This document shows positions 11,480 through 23,400 of a DNA stretch of 64,000 nucleotides, piece after piece. The notes beneath the pieces are model-generated. The model was not told where the DNA came from. It saw only the letters and a list, made by a program, of their open reading frames with translations, and ran no database searches. The first letter of the stretch is position 1. Each line of letters starts with the position of its first letter. The stretch is from Haplodiscus bocki (lineage: Eukaryota). Position numbers and translations under genes: made by a program. The stretch covers positions 14,632,001 to 14,696,000 of the forward strand of contig OZ296655.1 of assembly GCA_965655095.1 (NCBI GenBank). The letters run 5' to 3'.

Positions 11480-14400
11480 CTGAAAAATTCACCAGTACTG
11501 TTTGAAATTTTCGAAGTATTGAAAAATTTCAAAATATTTATCAATTCAACACAGAGAGTAACCAAAAAGAAAACTCACCGAATCCTTTTGGGTTTTCTGT
11601 TCCAATAACAGGCATGAGGTTTTCTCCGTAAGTGTCGATGAGAGGAAAACTGTTCGGATTATTGACCCAAATCTGCAGCCTGATATACGCCTCTTTCACC
11701 CTCCTGTGCAGCCCCGGCCATGGTCTCGGTTTGTTGAGCAAGTCACATACAGATGCTTGGCATAGTCCCAGAATATTTTCACCCAACAGTTTCTGCCCAA
11801 TCGAATAAGTGGACATGAGAATTTTGGTCTGCTCAGTTAGACGGAAAGTGTCAATGCCAAACATCGAATAGCATTGAAACATTTCTTCAGAAACTTCCAG
11901 AGATCTTCGCACTGGAACAAAATTCAAATCTCAGCGAAAAATTGAAACTTGAAAATATTTGTTCATATGCAGGGTTTTCATGTCAGTTTGGAATGCTGTT
12001 ACATGCTCAGCAATTCGTCTGCATAATTACCATAAAATTCAATGATGCTTTTTATTTTCCGCATCCATATTTTAATGAGGAAAGGAAAATTCTTCAATGA
12101 TTCAATGGCTAGCGTCGATTTTGTTTTCTTTCAAACACATTTTGCCAATTGAAAATTCTCACTGCTGATGAGAATTAGTTCACTTCTTCTTACGAAATTA
12201 GATAATACTTTATATTACTACCGTATAAATTCAAAACTGCTATAGAATAGACGCTTAATAATTTCCGCCCAATATTTCAAATGTGAAAGGAAAATCATTC
12301 GTTCATCATTCAGGTTTTTTACATCAGTTTGCCTCTTATACGAGGAATTAAAAGTAAAGTCTTCATTTACCAATTTCTTCCACATTTCCCAAACTGGTCT
12401 TCCTCAAAAAAAATTGTTGCTAAAATCTAGGTTTTTTCGCGAAAAAATTTTTTGCTGCATTTCTGGACTTTTTCAGTTTGAATTACGGTATTTTAACGTT
12501 TTTCCCTAATTTGGAAGGCGGAAAGTATCCGGAGTTTACCGGGCGTCTTGTTTAGTGATTCACTGTACTGCGGCACGGATTAAATTCTAAAGGGGAAAAA
12601 CCAGGATCTGACAAGTTTATGCAATTACATGGCAAAATAGAGATGAGATGAGTGAACGACTAACTTTTCATGCTTTTTGGGTTTGCAGACGTGATAATAG
12701 GGACAGGACTGGCGGGCAAATTGGCGGTTGAGACTACTTTGGGTGCAGGATACACTAACGTCTCATGTCGCGCTAGATTGGGTGGTTTCAATCCTCCGCA
12801 ACTTCCAGCCACACTTTCCACCGAGGAAGGCTCACTTTTAATCTTGCTCTTCACTGGCTGAGTTTTGCCACATATAGAAGCGGGCGGTGAAGGTATAACA
12901 CGTGCTTGAGGTGATTCAACTTCATCTGCTTCGAAAGAAGGAATTTCCATTTTGATGAAACTTTCAGTCTGTGCTTGATTGATCCTGTTTCCTCCGTTTC
13001 TATTTAGATTGATGTTTCCATCCAAACTTCCATTACTACCAACCAATGAGTCGTCGGTGGATAAAACTGCTTTCCCGTTTTTGGATTTGCTTCCGCTGCT
13101 AGGTGGAGAGGTTGATTGCATTTGTTGAATACTCGAAAGTACATCCATGACAAAAGTCGAATTCAATTGCTTCAACCTTTCGATTCCACATTCGTCTTCA
13201 ACCCATTTTTGCATTCGGATGTAAGACTCCTGAACAAACGTCTTTTATACAACACATCTAATAATATTAACTTCTAACTTCAAAATAAACATTATTCAAG
13301 TACGGAAATGTAGAGGCTATGCGGCAGTTCATTCGTTTGAGCTTGTTAGATCCCATCATGATTCCCATGATTTTCGTTACTTTTCAGAACCTAATTTTTC
13401 CAGGAAGTGATAATAAAAGTACCTAGTTTCCCGAAAAGCATCGAACCCAGAAGCTTTGCGCCAAACCTCATTAGTAAGGCAAAAAAAGTATTTCAAATGT
13501 ATAAAATTTTATGGACAAGGAAATGTGTGAAAACAATTGTATGGCGACATACTTGTCCTTTGCCTGTTGTTTGTCCCCATGGCTTCGGATGAAGTAACAA
13601 GTCAGATACTGAGCTCTGCGACATTCCCAGCACATAATGTCCAAACACGCGCTGTGAAATTGCATTATTCTCCAGAATTCGACGCACCTTATCTGCTAAC
13701 ACCTAAAATCATTTCCGATTGAGCCTTCTCAAATTTACACTGAACCAAGAATCTTGAAAAGGGACCAAAGCCCACCTGGGTATCACAGTTGGTATATTTG
13801 ACCACATCTTCTGGGTTCAGAGGCTGAAGCGCCATTCGTCTCATCTGGGCTAAAATAGTGAGTCTCGAACCCGGGACCTTGGGACACTTCCTCAGGAAGT
13901 TTCTTGAGGACAAAGACTGGCTGATCACATTCAGATCCGCTTGAGCGAACGGAGGAGACTTCGGAGAAGATACAGACTCAGGTAAAGTCCCTGCATCAGA
14001 AGTGATTGCGTCACCGAGAACACCAAACTTAGGCGAACCACCGTCGTCTGTGTTGGCAGAGGATGTGGTGTCTCCATTTTCGGATTCACATCCATGCATC
14101 TCCTTTCTGGCACATTCCAATATTCTCTGAATGGCTTTGTTAGTTTCCTGTGCTGATTTCGGCCGGTTGCTCTCTTCTGAAATACAAAATTAGGACAATG
14201 TTAGAAAAGCGTTTGAACGATGTATTCATTGTGCACTCCCACGCGTCATTGTAAAGCAAGGACTTTTAATGAATCGAATGATAGCTATCAAAAATATTAT
14301 TAAGATAGATGACGAAAGATAAAAATGAGAGATACATCTATCAAGCATTTCAGAAACACTAAAATTAATTCCTAGGCAGAGAAATCAGCAGAATAAACAG

Positions 14401-17400
14401 AAAGCACTCCTTTCGCTCTCAATTGATCAAATTATCATTCGTCATCCAAAATTGTGTACCAGTCATACTCAGCCAGCATTGGCATTGCCAATATTAACAA
14501 GACGAATATCTGATAGCATCCAGAAAATTGGGCTCGTGTCATTTCTATCAAGGCAAAATCGGCATGTTCGAATCAAAAATGGACATATTGTCTCCGAATA
14601 TGATTTACAACGCACCTCTGACAGCGTCCTGCTGTTTGAGCCACCGAATGAGTTCCAAATAGATGGAAAACTCGTACGAAGTCAGCTCATTGAAACTTTT
14701 GGGTTCTTCCAAAAATGGCCTCAAATTGATGACATTCAGATCCTTAGAGAGAGATCTAACACTGATTCCTTGTTTGAAACACTCTGAAGATACTTTTTCG
14801 GCTATCTGAACTGGGTTGAACAGCTCAGGACACTTAGAGACACAGCTTCGGTTACTGTCCGAAGTTCCACTGATACTGTCGTCTGCGTCCGAATCATCTG
14901 AAGTGGTGCACCTTACGCCCAAGATTTTAGGAACGACTTCGAACTCTTCGTTGAAGTCTTTCAAAGTATTTTCATTTGATAAATTTAGAATTTTGGACCC
15001 AGAAGCAACCACTGAGGAAGTGTTCTCAAGTTGCGGCATTTGTTTGATGGTGCAACTAAAGTCCATTTTATTGAAGGAGCAAGGTTTTGATGATACGCCG
15101 CTGAGTGCTCCATCTGAAACAACTCAAATCGGTCATGCTCAAGATTGTTTTCCCGGTCTAATCAAGATATCCATTTTTTTTAAAACAAGCTAGTTTTCTA
15201 GCAAAAAGCCCGACTATTAGTACTTGCTTTTTTTAAGATGACAGACCTCCTTTATATGAACTTTTTACTAACCTTGTTTTAATAACCAAATTTTAACACA
15301 TTCTACATAAGTACCATACATATTTCCGCACTAGAACGTTTCAAACACCAAAAAAACTTATACGAAAATTGAAAAGTTTTCGCAGAGGCAGATATCAAAA
15401 GTAACTTTTGTGATATAATTTCTTATATATCAGTGGGAGAGCCATTCCAGAAAACTTAGCGATATCCCCCATATGGGTAATTCGATTTTTATCCAAGAGA
15501 AAATTACTAAAAGTTTCAAGAAACCTCTCACCATTTGTTTTCGTCATTGGCATTGCGTGTCACAAAATTTCCGAAAACTTCAAGTTTTCAAACATCAAAA
15601 GTTCCCGTCCTATGAGTATTTTAAGCATTACGGGCGGTGCCGACTTGGCCGTTCTTGGTTTGTTGACGAATAGGAATAACGTAATACAAAAGCTAACTTT
15701 TGGTGCCTTCAGTTTTTTCCTCCGCAGTTCCCTCCAAATCAGAGTTGACCAATCGTTGGAAAGCTTCTTCTATCTCTGGATTGTCGTTGACAGAAGATGA
15801 CTGGGATCCACTCAAGGCGACCAGCTGAACTCGCAACGCACAGTTCTCCTTTTCTGCCCTTGTCAACTTCTAATGACAAAACAACATAAAACATGAAGTT
15901 TTCTGGTGGAAAGAAAATATTAATTCAGCTCCCCCCCCCCCCCCAAGATTATTTCAAAACAAACTTTCCAATGTAATTTTTATTACAATGTATTATTTTG
16001 GTAATATTATTCAAGAGTTCCTCAAAACAAATCGAGCAGGGAAATGCATTTTGACGCAACAAAAATAGTAGGTCGGAAGAATAAACGCATTAATCAAACG
16101 TGGAAATTTGCGGATGCAAAATTTTCAGAAACAAATGTCTGCATCGGGCAAAAGCTCTTTGCCACTACTGCCGAAATTAGTGGACACTATTTTGAAATGA
16201 CAACTGGGACCAAAATCGCCCTGCGGCACAACAACATGGAGAAAACCTTCGGAAATCTGTTTTGACATTCTTTCGAAATTTAATTTGAATTAAAATTTGG
16301 CAAAAAGTTGGGAAAATGAAAAAGTTTCCACACTACTTCAGCCAAAATTAAACAGGCAAATTTTCCGGTACAGTGACGCGACCCAAATCTTACTAATAGT
16401 ATAAACAACAACCAGTATAGAGAGGATCGAATCCCGGGGATTCTATTGGTATAACAACATATACTTTTTATAGGAGGCATCATATTGGTATTAGCAGCCG
16501 ATAACCGGAAGTACTCGCCATAATACTGTTTCTTGGGGATCTTTGTGTAGTATTCCCCCATCCCCGCGCAATTCCAAAAAATCTACACAAATTTCATTTT
16601 AAAGGATTATTTTTGGCAAAATTATTCAATGTCTTTAAATATGAAGTAAAATCTTCTTGTTATCCTTTTGAAAATGATTTCAAACAGGAGGCGCAGCGGC
16701 TCTGCTCTATTTCCTGTCAAAGAAGCGAAGAAATGATTGATCGAATATGCATCAAACAATTTTGCCAAACATCAAACCATTCAGCCCAGCCTTTCGGTTT
16801 AAACGAGGCTTTGCAATGAAAAAAAAACAATACTATTAGCAAATTTAGGTGAAGTCCCACTCTCAGGTATCCAGTGCAGAAACCAAAATGCAACTATGCT
16901 CATCAAGTTTCTTCTCACAATCGGCTGTCGATGAATATTATAGAAGAAAACCAGCTTACGTTGAACTAATTTTCTCAAAAACGATTTTGAAAAACCGAGA
17001 ACATAGAGAACAACAAGTCTTCTTGGCAATTTCGGGACCATCAAATATCCGATGCAAAACAAACCAGTACCAGCGATATTATAATCTAATTACCTCCTGG
17101 AAGAAAAAATGTCGATGGACACGTGATTTCAAAAAGAACACTTCAGAGAGAAAGGACTTCCATGAACAAAAAACTCATCATTATTTGCATTCTCCGACAC
17201 TAGGCAGACCAGGTTTCCCAAGCAATTAACCAAACCGCAGATTTGCTCATCAGAAAAACCCCAAAAATCTTACTACCATTGAAACCTAGATGGAAGAAAC
17301 TGAAGATCGCGGAAAATCGTTACTAATTGCACTTTTTGGCAAAACAGGAGTCCATTTCAGGGATCTAAAAAACATACTTTTGTCAGCAAAAATTTTCCAC

Positions 17401-20400
17401 AGACACGAGTTAAATGATATTTGAATGGATGAAATCAAGCATTTCGGATGAAATTTCGGATAAAATTTGTTGTTTCGGATAAAATTTAATTTCAACATCG
17501 AGAAGTGTCTCAAACTGTATTTTTTTGGCATTTTCTGCCTATCGACATTCCAAAGAGAGGAGCAGAGCCGAAGACTTTTAGTCGAATATTCTCGCACAAT
17601 TAGACAGCATCTGATTGAAAAAAGGATGGAAGAACTCCCGCCGGAAGTTATTGCGAAAAACTGCGGAGAATCGTTACATAATGCACTTTTTCGCACGTGT
17701 GACCAAGCAGCAATCCGATGCAAAAGAAAATCAACTGTTTTCTTACCAAACACTCTTTCAGAAGTAAACAGCAGTAAATTGAGATCTAGATGGAAGAAAC
17801 AGCGCCGATAGTTTCGGAGAATTTTAGTTTGAATTTTTTGGAAAATATTTGCATTTTTTGGCATTTCTAACGTACCAGGAATCCAAGGCACGGAACAAAA
17901 TCCATGATGGCTTTACGGAAAATTCTTGTACAAGTGGACAAGTGTCGATTCACACTTTGATTGAGAAAATCAAGCCGGTAGTGTCCGATTTTCAGGAAAT
18001 GTCAAAAACAAAGCAATATGTGGCAAATTCGGCCTACTGAAATGCAGAAGTTGATAACAAAATCAAAGATTTCTTGGCTGGAGATAATTTTACAAGTAAG
18101 AAATTGCCGGCGGGAAAAAATCCAGCCAATATTAATTGCGGAAAATGACCTTGAAAGTCGCAGAAAATCAATACTCATTGCAGTTTTTGTCAATCACGCA
18201 GTTCGGGGTTTTCTTGGCCAAGACGAAATCCAATGCGCAGAAAAAAAACGTTGAGAGTTCTATAGAATAAATTTCTACAACCAAACAGGTCGTGATTGAT
18301 AGCCCATGGAAGAAATTAGGCGTCGTTACGGAAGAGAATTAGTCTGAATTTTGAGAAATGTCTAAACTATTTGCACTTTTTGGTAATCACGCCGTATGGG
18401 GATAAAGCATCGACCGATCCAGTAAAAAATTCAAGTCAAAATTTTGGGTCTTGGAAAAATCAGGATTCCAAGAAAAACGGGATGTTAAAATCAGGAAATC
18501 ATAATTATATGAATTAAATTAAATTTCATAAAGATTCATAGACTTCCGATTTTTCAGAAAAATCGAAAAAAGATCCGGAAAATATTTTCAAAAAAAAACA
18601 CAATTTTTTCAGTGAGATTTTTGGACTGAAAAACAACCAGTTTGTCGAGAAATCTTGAATAGTTTAGAAAACTACATTTGCGATGAAAAAATTTTAAGTA
18701 CATAAGAGTATCTGAAAGAAGCAGTTTGTTGAGGGATTCGAACCCACTACCTATCACCAGGGGTGCGTAATATTGTATTGCAATATTATTGTGGCTCCAC
18801 AATAAATTATTTTTAATGTTGAAACGAAACAATAAATTATTGTGATTAATCAACAATTATTGTGAAAAAAAAACAATTATTGTTGATCTTCGGAAATTTT
18901 TTCAGTCGCCTGTTTTACCACTTGTGCGTCCCATAGCTTCTTATTCGCTTTCAGGAACAAGATTGCCTCCAAATTGACAGGTGTCATTTTTTGCGGTTAT
19001 CGGACTGATCAAATTCTGAAAACCCGCACCTTTCGCTTGCTTGCGCAATTTGCCGCATCGGCACTTAAACGATCCATCAGTTTGTGTTTTGAAGTAAAAT
19101 TCAACAATTTGTTTGTTAGTGAAAGGCATACTCTTTCTCAAGTGCACTGTAATGTGAACGCACGCAGACTGACTCGTGGCAATTAGGCGGATTAAATAAC
19201 TTACATGTAAACAAAAGAATTTTAACCGCAAACACGCAGCCGCAGCTCTCCCGGTTACATGTAATACGTAGACCCTGCAAGTAGTGTTGCAGCGCAAGCG
19301 TGTTGAAATTCCCCGAAAAAAAAAGTCACCAAAACAATAGATTATTTGTATTGTTTTTCACCGTAAATAAATTATTTTATTTTTATTTATTGACAATAAT
19401 TTATAAATAAATTATTTTTTACGCACCCCTGCTTATCACCTACGTATCCTCGGTGAAAACACACTTCCTTTTATGCAAGACACTATGAGTGCAGACTTGC
19501 TTTGAGGTGCAGACTGTACCCGGCAAAATAAAGTCTGCGTGAGCGTTGCATGGGTATTTTTGGTTACGGAAAAAAGCTCCGCTACTGAATTGAATAATTT
19601 CGTTCCGAAAAATTGTTCGACGAAAATATTTAAAACTTGGCAGTGTGAGGGGTGGGGGGGAGAAAAATCCATTAATCTCAAATGCATTTCAATGGCCGGA
19701 TTGAGTATTATTTACCTTGTTCGCCACTTCTAAATCGCTCAGTGCCCATTCAGTTTCGCAGCTGTTCACACTCTGTTCATGCCTTAGTTTCGTCAGAGCA
19801 GCTTGTGCTGCGTTGTATGCTGAAAACGAAAACACAACTTCAATTACACTTAATAAAACCATCGTAGTTCATTTATTCACACAAAGAATAAAAGCCACTC
19901 TTTGGATCTCATTTTTTGTCATAAGTCAGTTTTGGAACTTCCATTAAAATTGGTAATTGAAAAGTTTATCCTCTCTTTTCAAAAGTGTTTGCAGAAGATA
20001 TTGCAAAAGAGGCATCCCAAAAATGGTTTCAAGAGTTTCATTTAGACGCAGACACGAAGCTGCGCTTCGTATCACTTGCGCCAACGGAATACCAGTGAAC
20101 AAATCGAACAAGTATAAAGGATTTTGAAGGGGCCGCGGTACTATGAAAACTACGGACTTAAAAACAACATAAACTTAATTACCTCAGTTATTTCTTCAAA
20201 TATTCAAAACAAGCACACACGCTGGAAAAAATGCCACGTGAACTTTTTTCAAAAGTGCGTGAACAAATTTTCGCGAGAAAGCGAGAGCGCAAAATCTAGG
20301 AATATCAGAATGTACGAACAAATTCGAGTTGTGAAAGGATCAGAAAAAAAACCAAACCCTGTGATACACCACTTGCTTGCGCAAGTGTAACACAGAGGTG

Positions 20401-23400
20401 AAGTGAACGCGCAAAACTCGCAAAATGTAATACTCCAGTTTTCCGAAAGTTCTGAACAACAAAACCAATCAATACCTAATAAAAGCCTGTCGAAAGGAGA
20501 AATTCTCCGAAACTATCGAAGAGAATTTATACCCCAAATAAAAAAAAACATTCCTGAATTTGTCTAAAAAATCTTTTCTGCTTTTGCCAAAAATAACAAA
20601 GTTCCTCCTTTGAGAGCAGCGCAAAAAATACACAGAAGCGAAGCTGTGCTTCAACACTTGTGCCAACTTAATAGTAGTGAAAAAAAAATCGAACAAGGAT
20701 AACTTTTTTACAGGGCTCATGGTACTTTAAAAAATACTGATTAAACAGACATTGAACTACCTCAGTTAATTTTTATATATTTTCATACAAGTGTAAAAAG
20801 CACGAACGGCTACATAGAAGTATTTATAAACAAGTAAGAGGCGTATAAAATTCGATTTCCTTGATATTCTAAAGAAATACTCGGATTCTCAAGCGATAAT
20901 GGCAGTCAGTAGAGCATGCGACTGCGGCGCCAACAGTCCCAGGTTCGACTCAGCCACTCCATCCTCTTTGGCCAAAACCTAGGAACTTGTGACAGCTGTG
21001 AACGGATCGGAGAAACTTGAAGAACGTGTTATAACGCTTGCTTGGGCGTTAAAAATTCTGAAAAGATGATACGCTTGTTACACATGAGATTTTTAGTTCG
21101 AAATTTGTAACAAACATAGGCACCCTAGGCGGCAAGAAGGTTTGCTCTTGGCTAAAAAATCACTCGTTTCAACAAAATGAGTCTGGAACAACATGATCAG
21201 AGCAGTAGCATTTGGGTTTTATTCCCATATCCGATGCAATTGTAGCCAAAACGATGATTTGGAGGAAAAAAACGATAACTATATGAAAAATCGCTCAATT
21301 CAGCAGTTTTTGACTGGCTTTTGAAAACTGAGAAAACCACTTTGGAACACTACGAATGTCTGAGAAATTCAAAACTTTCAACTGAATTAAAGTGTATAAG
21401 TAGTCACAAATTCGCTTTTTAACGCGAAGAGGAAAAATTGTAAATTGAGCTGTATCGATCAATTAACAAAAAACAATAGAACAAACATTTTCACCCGCAT
21501 AATTGCAGAAAATGTCCTGAAACATTGGTTTTTTTTGTCAATTTTATATCTAAAATTAGACTTGGCAGACAAAACAGCAAAAACTCCACAGTAGTCGAGG
21601 AAAAGAGACTTGAAGTTTACTTTAAACCACCCAAAATAACTCGATAACAAAAGATTTCGAAGCATCTCTCTCTATATATTTAACTATTCTTGTAATTCTG
21701 TATTTTAATCATCATGTCTGTTAGCTAGAAACTTGATATGAAAGGCAAAAGGACGAAAGATCTGGGAAAATAGGGAAAAAAGTTAATTATCGCTAACTTT
21801 AAAGCCCAGAACGGAATTTGAAAAAAATATATACAACCCAAACTTTCAAAATTTGGAAAAAGTTCTTGAGCCTCAACGCTTCGTATGATGTATACTGGAT
21901 GCGTAGCTAAAAAGATTTGTAAGGCAGAGGGAAAGGTGCCAAAAAACAAGCAACATTTGAAAAGTTGTTGTACACTCAAAACAAGAAAATTAGCAGTTTT
22001 CTCCCAAAAAAATTACGATTTTCGAAAACTATACCTTGGTTTTGAGGTCTTCAAATTCGGCACGAAAAACTTGACTGGGTAGGAAAAATACAAAAAAACC
22101 CGGCAAAAATAGCAAAAAAAACCACTTATTACTTTCAGCTCAATTTTCAAAAGAACATAAAGAAGATTTATTGGTACCAATATGACATCAGAGTAAAAAT
22201 TATGAAAAAATTCCAGAAACTTTTAATTTGGAGAGAAGTTGAAAAAATCCTCGAAGCAGAAAACATCTCTCCAATTTAGAAATCGGTCTTTTGAAAAAAT
22301 TGACCAAAAAAAGTAATATCGAACACAAAAACTTATGCCACGATGGGATTCGAATCCGGCCGGTCATAATAAAAGAGCGCAGAAGCTGATTTTTAACCAC
22401 TAGCCCAAATATCTCCTGACATTAGCTAGATTCATGCCACTATGATCTTGTGCAAGTTGTGAACGATACAAAACGCGAGTCGACCGTAATAAGCTTGCGG
22501 TTTGGCAGCATAAATAGTTCAGGTTCCTGACGGATCTATTTGGGAAACTGCGGATCCGGTTTGATTCCGGTGACATCCCACAAAAACCCTCTAGTCCCTT
22601 TTAACCAGTCCTCTTCGAATGGAATCTTTCTAACATTGAATTGTTTCGTTTTTTAACATGTTATTGAAGAGGGGTATTCGTAATTAACGTAGCATGCACG
22701 TTGCAATTTGGAGGAAAAAAATTGTTACCTGACCTGTTTGAAGAGTTCTGTATTTGTGCTCCCACTCGGCCAGTTTCTTCTGCATCTCCTGATTCTGAGA
22801 AGCGTCACTAAGGGCGGTTGCAGCAATTGAAGACTTCTTCTCTTCTTGTAGCCGTTTCCGCATTTCACTCTCCTTCTCAGCCACTTTCTCAATCACTTCA
22901 CTCTCTAATGAATCTTCCAACTCTTTCACTCGCTCACGCAGTTGTTTGATAGTCGCCTCTGAAGATTACAAAAACCATTCGAACTAGTGATGAATTTTTT
23001 CAAATCTTTCATATGGTATTTGAACACAAGAGGCAAAGCTACGCTTCGTAATCACTTGCGACGAAGGTGAGCTAGTGCATTGACTAATTTTGCCCACCGA
23101 CGAAAAAATTTCTCTTGATTCGCGTGAAGTCTTCAATAAAGAAAATTTACCGAAAAGTTTGCACTGAAATAGAGAATACAGCTGTACAAAAGCTACCCTA
23201 CTTTTCAGATTTCAAAATAAGCACTGGATGCCAGCATTCAAACTGAGTCTCCGAGAAAAGCAGCTTTAAAAAAACTTGGTAAAAAATTTCCAATGTCGAA
23301 AAATCTTCGCGTGCAAAGTAAGAATCAGGATATTCCTGATTCTTCACACCTTTTCCATATTGCAGGCTTTAAATGAGCTTTGGATGACCGCAATCCAGCC

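Noticed and set aside
16613-18254. Cluster of 60-200 aa ORFs on both strands suggesting a nested gene
   Set aside because: They overlie a degenerate tandem array and show no recognisable domain or coherent splice pattern.
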